DNA of 64,000 nucleotides, taken from positions 2,790,001 to 2,854,000 of the forward strand of contig NC_058383.1 of the NCBI RefSeq assembly GCF_018350175.1, written 5' to 3'. The notes under the pieces are model-generated. The model was not told the DNA's origin. It saw only the letters and a program-made list of their open reading frames with translations, and ran no database searches. Made by a program: the position numbers and the translations under genes. This DNA is from Felis catus. Its lineage: Eukaryota. Of this stretch, positions 35,368 to 48,097 are shown piece after piece (position 1 is the first letter of the stretch; the number at the start of each line of letters is the position of its first letter).

Positions 35368-38076
35368 ATACATGGGGTCATCTGAACCAGAGTAAAAGTG
35401 AATAAAAAGTACTCAATTACAGAATAGCTTTATGAGACCAGCATTTTATCTTCATTTGTTTTTACATCCCATATTGAAGGAAATGATTTTGTATAAGAGG
35501 ATAGCACAAAATAAGATTTTTCCTTAGGTCTTCATTTATGTTGTTACCAAAGAGCTGATTGTGAAAAATTGTAAATTAATAAAACATTACGGATTTCAGT
35601 AAACTGTGTATATTAATTGAGAGATTTGAGGTTGTTTCTTACATAATGAAAAACTAAACCCATAAAATGTGTGGTACATTTATTTTAAGAATAAATACCT
35701 ATTCACATTTATGGCAGGTACTAGTTTACTTTCGTAAGAGTGTGAGTATTTCAGGGTAGTGCTGAGCCTTACTGTACCAAATACCAGCTCAGAGAACCTC
35801 ACTGGAGATGTGGGGAGTCAGTGGTATCACTTTACTCCATGGGATGCAGCATGTAACTAGCGAAATGGACTTTTAAAACCAATCCTTGTTTTAAAATGTA
35901 TCATTCCTATTATCTGAATCCCTCAGATTCAGAGTCATGAACGATGTGAACATAGGCCTTCGATAAAGCTTGAATTTAGGCCTGGTTTTAAACTGAATTA
36001 TGTGTATTAGAGAGTATGGTTTTGGAAATGTGATAAGGTTTCAAAAGTGAACCTGCTTTATGCATATACGTGGGTTTTCAGAGCAATCTCCTTACTGGCA
36101 GGGGAATAGCAGACAAGTGGCGCTTTTTAGACAGCAAGGCAGATGGCTCTTTTTCTTTAGTATAGGGTGTGCCGACCAAGAGAGACAGCTACACGACTGT
36201 TAACCCCTGAGGGAATGAAAAAACAATTGCTGTCAGTTGTTCTTTTTAAGTCTGTAGCTTGACTTCAGAGTGATGTGGAAAAGTAAATTTTTAAGAAATG
36301 TATGCATGAAATGCACAAGTGCAGCCTGTAATCTCTGTTCTCACTAAAATAGATGACGGTGTAATTACTGAATCTCTTAGGTCCGACATTTCTGGGATAA
36401 TGTCGTAGCAGACTACTTCGGTCTGATAGACCGCTTCCCAGTTCCCGTTAAAACATCCATGAAGGTGACAAAAACACGCAATTGCACTACAAAGCATACG
36501 CCCTATGCCAGGTTTGGAGTAGAAGACTCCTAAATGTGGACGAGACTAGATTTGGACTGCATAGCTTGTGTTCTCCTTCCCAGCTGGAACGGGGCAAGTA
36601 GCTCTGCACAAAGTAGGATGCGGTTTTGAAAATGGACGCCTTCATCGTGCCTGACTTCAGGAAGCACAGGGGTCATGCCATGTGGCGAAAGTTTGCCTTT
36701 TGCAGGCTTTTGAGCCAGTCAGACCAGTGTCCTTACCCTCTGCCCCTTTCCCCATCGCTACTAGTCCTTTTCTATTTTCATCTGAAAACTTTAACTCCAA
36801 ATGTGTAACCCAGCAACAGGAGCTACGGGAAATGATTGAGGGTACACTACACCCCCGAATGCATGTAATGTAAAGAAAAGGTTTTTATTTTTTCTAGTTT
36901 TATTTATTATTTTTTAAATATAATTTGTCAAATTGGCTGTGTAAAGTGTGCTCTTGGTTTTGGGGGGTAGATTCCCATGGTTCATCGCTTACATACAGCA
37001 CCCAGTGCTCATCCCAACAAGTGTCCTCCTCAATTCCCATCACTCATTTTGTTCTCTCCCCTGCCCCTCCCCCATCCACCCTCAGTTTGTTCTCTGTATT
37101 TAAGAGTCTCTTAAGGTTTGCCAACCACCCTCTCTGTAACAGTTGTATTTCCCCCTCTCCTCCCCCATCATCTTGTGTTAAGTTTCTCAAGTTCCACATG
37201 AGTGAAAACATATCTATCCTTGTCTGATGTACTTCACTTAGTGTAATACCCTCCAGTTGCATTCACGTTGTTGCAAACAGCAGGATTTCATTCTTTCTCA
37301 TTGCTAAGTAGTATTCCGTTGTATGTATAAACCACATCTTCTTTACCCATTCATCAGTTGATGGACATTTGGGCTCTTTCCATAATTTGGCTATTGTTGA
37401 AAGCGCTGCTATAAACATTGGGGTACATGTGCCCCTATGCATCAGTACTCCTGGATCCCTTGAATAAATTCCTAGTAGTGCTATTGCCGGATCGTAGGGT
37501 AGTTCTATTTTTAATTTTTTGAGGAACCTCCACACTGTTTTCCAGAGTGGCTGCACCAGTTGGCATTCCCACCAACAGTGCAGGAGGGTTCCCCATTTTT
37601 CCACCTCCTCCCCAGCATCTGTAGTTTGCTGAGTTGTTCATTTTAGCCACCCTGGCTGGAGTGAGGTGGTATCTCAGTGTGGTTTTGATTTGTATTTTCC
37701 TGATGATGAGTAACATTGAGCATCTTTTCATGTGTCTGTTGGCCATCTGAATGTCTCCTTTGGAAAAGTGTCTATTCATGTCTTCTGCCCATTTCTTCAC
37801 TGGATTATTTGTTTTTCAGATATAGAGTTCAAGTTCTTAGGTTTTGGATACTAACCCTTTATCTGATAAGTCATTTGCAAAACCTTTTCCCATTCTGTTG
37901 GTTGCCTTTTAGTTTTGTTGATTGTTTCCTTTGCAGTGCAGAAGCTTTTTATCTTGATGAGGCCCCAGTAGTTCATTTTTGCTTTTAATTCCCTTGCCTT
38001 TGGACATGTGTCAAGTAAGGTATTGCTGCAGCTGAGGTCAGAGAGGTTTTTTTCCTGTTTTCTCCTCTAGGGTTTT

Positions 38077-38304
38077 TTTTATTTTTTATTTTTATTTTTT
38101 TTTTTAACATTTATTTATTTTTGAGACAGAGACAGAGCATGAGCAGGGGAGGGTCAGAGAGAGAGGGAGACACAGAATCTGAAACAGGCTCCAGGCTGTG
38201 AGCTGTCAGCACAGAGCCCAATGCAGGGCTCGAACTCATGGACCGCGAGATCATGACCTGAGACGAAGTTGGACGCCCAACCGACTGAGCCACCCAGGTG
38301 CCCC
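38077..38304 (-). mobile_element. SINEC_Fc nested in L1
   Basis: TSD tctcctctagggtttt / tctcctttagggtttt. Confidence 0.97.
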
Positions 38305-38489
38305 ATCTCCTTTAGGGTTTTGATGGTTTCCTGTCTCACATTCAAGTCCTTCATTTTGAGTTTATTTTTGTATATGTTGTAAGAAGGTGGTTTAGTTTTA
38401 TTCTTCTGCAAGTTGCTATCTAGTTCTCCCAGCACCATTTGCTGAAGAGACTGTCTTTTTTTCCATTGGATACTCTTTTCTGCTTTATC

Positions 38490-38706
38490 TTTTTTTTTTT
38501 TAATGTTTATTTATTTTTGAGACAGAGAGAGACAGAGCATGAACGGGGGAGGAGCAGAGAGAGAGAGGGAGACACAGAATCCGAAGCAGGCTCCAGGCTC
38601 TGAGCTGTCCAGCACAGAGCCCGACGCGGGGCTTGAACTCACAGACCATGAGATTGTGATCTGAGCCGAAGTTGGATGCTTAACTGGCTGAGCCACCCAG
38701 GTGCCC
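38490..38706 (-). mobile_element. SINEC_Fc nested in L1
   Basis: TSD tcttttctgctttatc / tcttttctggtttatc. Confidence 0.97.
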
Positions 38707-40288
38707 TCTTTTCTGGTTTATCAAAGATGAGTTGTCCATATGTTTGTGGGTCCAATTCTGGGTTCTGTATTCCATGGTCTATGCGTCTATTTTTGTGCCA
38801 GTACAGTACTGACTTGATGATTACAGCTTTGTAGAAGAGGCTAAAGTCTGGAATTGTGATGCCTTCTGTTGTGGTTTTTTTTTTTTTCAATGTTACTCTG
38901 GCTATTTGGGGTATTTTGTGGTTCCATAGAAATTTTAGGATTGTTTGTTCTAGCTTTGGGAAGAATGCCAGTGCAATTTTGATTGGCATTGCATTGAATG
39001 TGTAGGTTGCTTTGAGTAGTATTGACATTTTAACAGTATTCTTCCAATCCATGACATTGGAATGGTTTTCCGTTTCTTTGTGTCTTTTTCAATTTCCTTC
39101 ATAAGTTTTCTATCAATTTCAGCATATAGATATTTTACATCTTCGGTTAGGTTTATTCCTAGGTATTTTATGATTCTTGGTGCAATTGTAAATGAGATCA
39201 GTTTCTTGATTTCTCTTTCTGTTGCTTCACTGTTGGTGTATAAAAATGAAACCGGTTTCTGAACATTGATTTTGTACCCTGCAACTTTGCAGAATACATG
39301 TATCACTTAGATTAGTCTGTTGGTGGACTCTTGTGGGTTTTCCACGTAGGGTGCCATGTTGTCTGTGAAAAGTCAAAGTTTGATTTCTTCTTTGCCGTTT
39401 TTGATGCCTTTTATTTCATTTTGTTGTCTGAGTGCTGATGCTAGGACTTCCAGCACTATGTGAAACAACAGTGGTGAGAGTGGACATCCCTGTCCTGTTC
39501 CTGCTCTCAGGGGGAAAGCTCTCAGTTTTTCCCCATTGAGGATGATATTAGCTGTTGGCTCTTCATATATGGCTTTTATGAAATTTAGGTATGTTCCTTC
39601 TATCCTGACTTTCCTGTGGGTTTTATTAAGGAAGGATGCTGTATTTTGTCGAATGTTTTTACTGCATATATTGACAGGATCATATGGTTCTTATCCTTTC
39701 TTTTACTAATGTGATGTATCACATTGATTTGTGAATACTCAACCAGCCCTGCAACCCAGGAATGAAACCCACTTGATCATGGTGAATAATTCTTCTTATA
39801 AACTATTGAATTCTATTTGCTAATATCTTGTTGAGAATTTTTGCATCCGTATTCATCAGGATCGGCCTATAATTCTTTTTTTTGTGGGGTCTCTGTATGG
39901 TTTGGGAATCAAGGTAATGCTGGCTTTGTAGAATGAGTCCGGAAGTTTTCCTTCTATTTGTATTTTTTGGAACAGCTTGAGAAGGATAGGTATTAACTCT
40001 GCTTAAAATATCGGGTAGAATTCCCCTGGGAAGCCATTTGGCCTAGGATTCTTATTTGTTGGGAGATATTTGATGACTGATTCAATTTCTTCACTAGTTA
40101 TGGGTCTGTTCAAATTTTTTTATTTCTTCCCCTTTGAGTTTTGGTAGTGTGTGGCTGTCTAGGGTGGAATTTGTCCATTTCTTTCAGGTTGTCCAGTTGG
40201 CTGGCATATAATTGTTCATCATATTCTCTGATAATTGCGTGTATTTCTGAGGGATTGGTTGTGATAAATCCATTTTCATTTGTGATTT

Positions 40289-40512
40289 TATTTTTTTTAT
40301 TATGTTTTTAATCTTTACTTTTGAGAGAGAGGGACAGACACAGCACACAAGAGGGGGAGGAACAGAGAGAGAAGGAGACACAGAACCTGAAGCACACTTC
40401 AGGCTCTGAGCTGTTAGCACAGAGCCTGATGTGGGGTTCGAACTCAGAAACTGTGAGTTCATGACCTGAGCCGAAGTCCAACACTTAACCGACTGAGCCA
40501 CCCAGGCACCCC
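40289..40512 (-). mobile_element. SINEC_Fc nested in L1
   Basis: TSD tgtgattt on both sides. Confidence 0.96.
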
Positions 40513-41727
40513 TGTGATTTCATCTCCTTGGCTCCTCCTCTTTTCTTTTTGAGAAGTTTGGCTAGGGGTTTATCACTTCTGTTTATTTTTTCAAAAAACC
40601 AACTCTGAGTTTCATTGATCTGTTGTACTGTGTTCTTGGAATCTATATTTTTTCTGCTTTGATCTTTATTATTTCTCTTCTTCTTCTGGCCTTGGGTTTT
40701 TTTTGTTCTGCTTCTAGTTCCTGTAGGTGTGCTAACAGATTTTGTATTTGGGATTATTCTTGTTTTTTGAGATAGGCCTGGATTGTACTGTATTTTCCTC
40801 TTAAGACTGCCTTTGCTGCATCCCAGATGATTTGAACTGTTGGTTTTCATTTTAATTTGTTTCCATATGTTTAAATTTGTTTCATTGCCTGATCCATTCA
40901 TTTTTCAGTAGGATGTTCCTTAACCTCCATGCATTTTGGAGGTTTTCCAAACTTTTTCCTATGGTTGATTTCAAGTTTCGTAGCATTGTGATGTGAAAGT
41001 GTGCATGGTATGATCTCAGTTCTTTTATATTTATTGAGGGCTGTTTTGTGACCCAGTATGTGATCTATCTTGGAACATATTCCATGTGCACTCCAGAAGA
41101 ATGTGTATTCTGCTGCTTTAGGATGAAAAGTTCTGAATATATCTGTGAAGTCCATCTGGTCCAGTGTATCTTTCAGGGCCATTGTTTCTTTATTGATTTT
41201 CTGTGTAGATGATCTGTGCATTGTTGTAAGTGGAGTATTAAAATCCCCTACAATTACCACATTCTTACCAATAAGTTTGCTTATGTTTGTGATTGTTTTA
41301 TATATTGGAGTGCTACTGAATTTGGTACATAAACATTTATAATTGTTAGCTCTTCTTGAGGGATAGACCCCATAATTATGATATAATGTCCTTCTTCATC
41401 TCGTTACAGCCTTTAAAGTCTAGTTTGTCTTATATAAGTATGGCTACTCCAGCTTTCTTTTGACTTTCAGTAGCATGATAGTTCTCCATCGCCTCACTTT
41501 CAATCTGAAGGTGTCCTCAGGTCTAAAATCGGTCTCTGGCAGACTGCAAATAGATGGGTCTTGTTTTTTTAATCCATTCTGATACCCTTTATATTTGATT
41601 GGAGCATTTAGTCCATTTATATTCAGTGTTGTTATTGAAATATGGGGATTTAGAGTCCTTGTGTTACCTGTAGGTTTCATGCTTATAGTGGTGTCTCTGA
41701 TCCTTTGTAGTCTTTGCAACATTGTGA

Positions 41728-42473
41728 TCACACAGTCCCCTTTAGGAACTCCTGTAGGGCTGGTTTAGTGGTGATGAATTCCTTCAGTTTTTGTTTGTTT
41801 GGAAAAACATTTATCTCTCCTTCTATTCTGAATGACAGGCTTGCTGGATAAAGGATTCTTGGCTACATATTTTTCGTGTTCAGCACATTGAAAATTTCCT
41901 GCCACTCCTTTCTGGCCTGCCAAGTTTCAGTAGATAGGTCTGCTACTACCCATACATGTCTACCCTTGTAGGTTCAAACCCATTTATCCCTAGCTGTTTT
42001 CAGAATTCTCACTTTATCTTTGTATTTTGGCAGTTTCACTGTAATACATCATGCAGAAGATCAATTAAAGTTATGTCTGAAGGGGCTTCTTTGTGCCTCC
42101 TGGATTTCAATGTCTGTTTCATTCCCCAGATTAGGGAAGTTCTCAGCTATGATTTGTTCAAGTACACCTTCTTCCCCTTTCTCTCTCTCCTTCTGGAACT
42201 CCTATGATATAGATGTTATTCCATTTCATTGAATCACTTCTCTAATTCTCCCCTCGTGGTCCACATTTTTTTTTTATCTCTCTTTTCCTCAGCTTCGTCT
42301 TTTTCCATAGTTTTATCTTCTGTTTCACTTAATGTCCACTCTGCCTCTTCAGTCCTCATTGTCACTGCCTCTACTTTATTTTGCCCCGTATTTAGAGCAT
42401 TTTTAAATTCATCATGACTATTTTTTAGTTCCTCAATCTCTGCAGCAATAGATTCTCTGCTGTCTTCTATGCT
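41728..42473 (-). pseudogene. L1 ORF1p remnant (5'-truncated)
   Basis: Coiled-coil peptide SIEDSRESIAAEIEELKNSHDEFKNALN and C-terminus KPALQEFLKGTV*. Confidence 0.85.
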
Positions 42474-44715
42474 AAGAAAAACTTTAAAAATAGGGCCATG
42501 TGTGCCTGTGTTACATGTATTATGTACTGTGCATGTGACAGCTGATAGGAGCACCTATCAGAGCAGGAAGAGTTCTTGCCACATGCTTACATTAGAGGGA
42601 ATATGTGTCACATACTACCAGTCCAGCTGGGAGTGGGACACACCCATTTCCAAGTTTCAATCAGAGAGAACCTTCCAGCATTCGGTGGGCATTGAGATGA
42701 AGGACATGTTACCTATCTGAAAGAACATCAGATCTAAAAAGAACTCCTCTTCGAAATACATAGAAGATGCCTAGCATGTGGCTTTTGAAAAGATTCTGAA
42801 AATAGGAAGAATGACTTCAAAGACCTAGTGCATCTCTTTGAAAATTACATGTAAACATCTTTACTATAAAGTTAGAACTAGTGTAAATCTTGTGTCTTAA
42901 AGCATCATGGCCTCGAGTAAAAAGCCAGAAAACCCTGAGGAACATGAGGAGATGATGTCAGAAATGCTAAAACCATTTGAAATAAAAGAATGCAAGGAAC
43001 CAAACTTGGAATAAAATTTAAATTTCTATTAAGGCCACCAAAAGAAGACTTGAAAACATGGAAGAGTAGTACGGATAAAAAACAAAACAAAACAAAAAAA
43101 ACAAAAAAACAACCCTTGAGAACACTTCGAGATTGCAGGGGGAAAAGTGGCAAAGACTGACCAGTGTGAAGAGCAGGTGTGGAGGACACACTGCAGGTCT
43201 TCAACTCCAGAGGTGTTGCAGAACAGGAAACCAGGGCAAGCATCAGGGAAGTCGTGAGGTAACTTTGCTATGTCAGGGAAGAGTGTGAGGAAATACCAAA
43301 TGGGTCCCCTGAGAACCAGTCAGAAGTACTGAGAAAAGGTTTCTGCTTAGATCTATCTGGGAAAAATATTTGAATTTTAAGGATAAAACAAGCCCAGGAG
43401 ATAAAGCGGGTTACTTACAAAGGAACACAAATTAGGTTTGTCTCAGTATCTTGTCTATGAAATGTCAGAAGTCTGTGGCCCGGTAAACATATTTTGCTAA
43501 GTTGTTGATATGGAATAAAATGGCTGTTTTCAGGTGCAAAACAGCATTCATAGTTCATCCCTTAAGAAGCTATTTAGATCTTTATTCCTGGAGGAGTCTA
43601 CGCTTGCTCTTGAGCCCATTTGTCGACTTTGAAGGGACAGTGTGAAGCCATGTAGCCTCCTGATCTTTTGGGAGTTACTTGGCATGGCCTGTGATTGGCG
43701 GTTGGCAACACAGGTGCGTTCCTAGGCTAGTGCAGCTCAACTGATCAGGGAATTGGGTCCTTCAAAGAAAAATGTATCCCAAGTTACAGTTAGAGCATTA
43801 ACAACCTACCAACCAAACATAAAACCAAAAACAGTCCGAGTATATTTCCTTTGTAAAAGCTACATTTGGAAAAAAAAAAAAAAAAAAGGAAATGGTAAAT
43901 GCAAACAAAATATAGGAGTTCTATCAGTATTGTAAGAACATTAAAATGGGACAGAAGTAATCATAAAGATGAAAGGTGTAAGCCACGGTAAAATAATTTT
44001 TATGGGTGAGATTACATCACAGTGAACATGATGGGAAGATGCAACGAAAAGCAGAGTAATACACTAATAGGTTTCTTTTTCATAGATTAAGTTAGATAAT
44101 AATGGTAGAGGTTATGAATAATCATTAAGGACGCCCTAGGAGATACATATTGAGAGCTTTACCCTGCACATAGAAATGATGTCTTCTCTTTAGGACCCCG
44201 AAGAAATTTTTTTTCTAGATCATAAATCTAAACTTCGAACAAACTGGGAATAATATAAAATACATTGTCTAACCACAATGAAATTTCAAAAATGTATATG
44301 AAAATTTAAAAAAAAACATAGATTCTTGTGTAGCCCCCACTTCCTAAATAACTTTTGATGGGGTCAAAGAGGAAAGCAAAACTAAAATTACAAAAGTTCT
44401 AGAAGTTCCTAGAACAAATTACAGGAAGTGCATATTAATACTGAGATGTGATCAAAGCAGGACCTAGAGGAAAAGTAATGTTTTTAAGTTTCTTAGCAAA
44501 AGGGAATAAAAATCATGCACTTTAGCTCAGACATTCTAAAAGAAAACACAAAGTTATTAAAGATAAAAATACTAGAAAACAGAATAACAATACAATTGAT
44601 AAATTTAAGTAGTTTTTTAGAGGAAAACAGACTTTAGATATCCTAATTTAGAAAACAATATGAAAAATTAAGAATGGAAAGGGAAATCAGGAAAAATATC
44701 TTTTGGGTGACTATA

Positions 44716-44986
44716 CGATGGACCCTTAATGTGGGGTAAAGAGGTGTCAACCACATAGAGTTTTTGACTCTCCAAAAACTTAATAGCCTATGGTTTGCCA
44801 GAAGTCTTATTGATAACAGGTTTTTTTTTTAAAGTTATTTTGTATTCTTACAATAAGGTGAGCTAGAGAAAAGAAAATTTTAAGAAAATCATAAGAGAAA
44901 ATATATTTACTGTGCTTGTATTTAAGAAAAAAATCCATGTATAAGTGGGTACACCCAGTCCAAACTTTGGTTGTTCAAAGGTCAGT
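44716..44986 (+). mobile_element. Tigger2a-type MITE
   Basis: TA + cgatggaccctt at the left end, tgtattcttacaataaggtgagctagagaaaagaaaa internally, ttgttcaaaggtcag + TA at the right end. Confidence 0.85.
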
Positions 44987-45234
44987 ATATATTCGTAAAT
45001 TTGAAACTCAAATGGATACTTTTCTAGGAAAATGTTACTCAAATTGCCTTAAGTAGAGAAAACCCATAAAGATTTGCAGTACTAAGTAGCAGAAAGTGAG
45101 GGTTAGAGAGTTAGCATTGCATTTCAGCACACATACACTTGGTTTTGTTGCTGAATTCTTCCTAACAGATCATATCTACAGTACTTAAATTCTTCCTAAA
45201 TGTAGAGAGGCGAGAAACTTTTTACCACCCTCTT

Positions 45235-45882
45235 GTCTGTCAGGTGTCCATTTTTCCTTGCCTTCTTGCTGAAAAGATTGCTGACTTTGTCAGGAATCCA
45301 TCCCATCCTTAGCTCGGTGTGGTGGGCTATGATTGGTTTAAGCGCCAATTAATGGGAAAGAAATGGTCCTAGCACCATGTGTTGAAAAAACTCTTCAATG
45401 AAAAGGAAGTAGGCTTTTTAACAATTGGGACAATTGGATCCTCAGGTGCAAAAAGAAGAATCTGGGGCCTTGCCTTACATATCTACTAAGATCAACTCAA
45501 AATGTGTCACTGACCTAAATATAAGAGCTCAGAAGACCTAACTCTTAGAGGACATAGGACTAGGTAAGTGCTTCCTTAGATGTGACATGAAAATCATGAG
45601 AGAGAAAAATTGGTAAGTTGAGTTTTATCAAAATTGACACTTTTGTGCTTCAGAACACTCCCAGTTGCTCAACACCATTTTGAAACTAGGAAGAGCAGCG
45701 ATCTGTTGAGAGGTCTACTACCCTGATACGACAGAGCAGAGGCCAAGAACCTGAGTTTTTGAGATTATTGGGCCCCTGAACTAAAGAACCTTAAAACTAG
45801 TTCTAGCTTTATAGTGAAAATTACGTGGGATTTTGAGTTGGAGTTTTTGTTATGTGCAGCTCAATGTACCTTTAGGGATACA
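45235..45882 (+). mobile_element. Old MaLR (MLT1) LTR interrupted by an L1 ORF2 fragment (about 45370-45650)
   Basis: LTR-like 3' end gttggagtttttgttatgtgcagctc...gataca. L1 piece atcaactcaaaatgtgtcactgacctaaatataagagct. Confidence 0.55.
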
Positions 45883-46059
45883 CACTGAAGTAAAAATAAG
45901 CTAGCCTCAGAAGATAGCACATGATGTAAGATAGTATACCCTGTATTGGCAGAATTGCAAATTATAAAGATGATAGATCTTATTTCAAAATCTTGAATTT
46001 TAAATTATCTAAATTCTGACATTCTAGATCTTTTATATTTTGGTTATTTTCGCAATTTA

Positions 46060-46293
46060 TTTTTTTAATGTTTTGCTTGTGAGACAGAGAAGCTGAGCAC
46101 GAGCAAGGGAGGGGCAGACAGAGAGAGGGAGACACAGAGTCGGAAACAGGCTCCAGCCTCTGAGCTGTCAGCACAGAGCCCGACACGGGGCTTGAACCCA
46201 CGAACCACAGGATCCATGACAAGAGCCGAAGTTGCTTAATGGAGTTATGCTCTTAAGTCCAGGAGCTTAATGGACTGAGCCACCCAGGTGCCC
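46060..46293 (-). mobile_element. SINEC_Fc with small internal duplication/insertion
   Basis: TSD attttcgcaattta / attttcccaattta. Confidence 0.95.
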
Positions 46294-46859
46294 ATTTTCC
46301 CAATTTAAAAAATACTTTCCAACAACAACATACGAAAAAGAAAACTGTAGGATTTTGATGATAAATCTTAAATTTTAGAAACTAGAATGCAGCAGTTAAT
46401 GTAAAAAGAATAAGTGGAATTTTGCTCAGTCTAAGAATAATTGAAATTAGGAGTAAATCAATGGAAGAAAACTATTTGGTCTCAATAGGTGTTAGGAAAT
46501 TATTTGATAATATTTAACAGTTTTTGTTTTGAAAGAAAAGAATACAAAGATTGAAGAGTATGTTCTAAACATAGTCAAAGATGTGGCTCAAAATAAGTCA
46601 ACATCATTTATTCTGGTGTGATTCTAGAAACGCTTATTTAAATATTCCTAATGAAGTTATCAACAACATTTAAAAATTTCATTTTGGAAGTATGACATAA
46701 TGTTATGTGACACTGAAAAACAGTGAATGACAGAAAGGAATCAAAATTATTACAATCTGAAGATGATGAATGATGAGAAAAAAGAAAAAGATCAACTGAT
46801 GAACACCTTTCTACACTTGAAAGCAAATTGCTTCTAATAGTTCAGTGCTTTGAAAACTT

Positions 46860-47235
46860 CAAGTTCTTCCCCACCCCAGGCCCTTTATGTAGGATGTTCC
46901 TCAGCGTGGACCAGTTTATAATCATGGTCTCCCCACTCCTTACCACATGGACAAACACCTAGTTGACTCATTCAACCTTCAGAACTCAGATTTAGTGACA
47001 ACCTAGATTTCTCTTGGCCTTTCAAAACTGATTCCCTTGTACTCACTAGTTCAGACTCCGTGGTTTCTTTCTTAATACTTACCTATAATCATACGTGGTT
47101 TTTGTTACAGTTTGTCATTCCCTTCAGAGGACAGAGACTGTGTCTGTTTAGTTCTCCATTTTATATCTAGCACCTAAAAGGTACCTGCTACAGGGTAGAC
47201 ATTAAATACATATTTGCTGGTGAATGAATAAATGT
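46860..47235 (+). mobile_element. L2 3' end
   Basis: gaggacagagactgtgtctgttt...tctagcaccta...acatatttgctggtgaatgaataaatg. Confidence 0.8.
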
Positions 47236-48097
47236 ATAATGATTTAAAGCAAGGTTTATGAATAGTGTGCCTGTAACATATTTAGCGATGCTAATGTAGG
47301 CATTTTCCTAACACAGCTCCTGTCCGGAATCCTCAGCACTGTCACAGGCCAATCTGGTCTATCCTTCTAACAAAGTTAACCTGATGTTGACTTACAAGAA
47401 TATGGGCATACCTTGAAGATATTGCAGGTTCAGTTCCAGACCACTGTGATAAAGCAAATACTGCAATAAAGCAAGAATTATTTGGTTTCCCAGTATGTAT
47501 AAATGTTACGTTTACCTTATTCTATAATGGCGTTATGTTTAAAAAAACGTACATACTAAAAATGGTAACCATCATCTGAGCTATCAGGGAGTCATAATCT
47601 TTTTGTTGCTGGAGGGTTTTTCCTCGATGCTGCTGACAGGTGACTGATCAGGGTGGTGATTCCTAGAAGTTGGGGTGGCTCAGGCAATTTCCTAGAATAG
47701 TAGTGAAGTTTCCTGCACTGATGGACTCTTCCTGTTTTGAAAAATTTCTCTGTAGTGTGGGATGCTGTTCAATAGCATCTTACCCACTGGAGAACTTTCA
47801 TGCCGGTAGTCATCCTCTCAAACCTGCTGCTGCTTTATCAACTCAGTTGATGTGAGATTCTTAATTCTTTATTGTCATTTCAACAATCCTCACAGCATCT
47901 TCACCAGGAGTGGATTCCATCTCAAGAAACTACTTGCTCACCCATAAGAAGCCGATCCTGGTCTCTTACACTGTGAGATGGAAGCAATTCAGTCCCACCT
48001 TCGGGCTCCACTTGTGGATAGTTCTTTTGCTGTTCCACCACATCCACCAAGTCTTGAAACCCTTGAAGTCGTCCCTGAGGGCTGGAATCCACTTCTG

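Larger units (their letters stand above)
37263..41659 (-). pseudogene. Inactivated L1 ORF2p (endonuclease, reverse transcriptase, C-terminal domain)
   Basis: Peptides TLNINGLNAPIK, VIVGDFNTPL, SKIDHILGHK, SDH-like LSHHNA, KVAGYKINVQK and [10 protein letters not shown]. Start ATG reads AGG at 41657-41659, the RT FADD motif reads FTDN (about 39358-39369), and there are multiple frameshifts. Confidence 0.92.
36882..42473 (-). mobile_element. Felid LINE-1 (L1_Fc-like), about 5.6 kb, 5'-truncated within ORF1, three SINEs inserted
   Basis: Continuous ORF1 3' part, complete but disrupted ORF2, 3' UTR and tail. Probable TSD aagaaaaggttt / aagaaaaacttt. Confidence 0.97.

Noticed and set aside
37263..41659. 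Active L1 reverse transcriptase
   Set aside because: Start codon lost, FADD changed to FTDN, stops and frameshifts, three SINE insertions and no 5' UTR.
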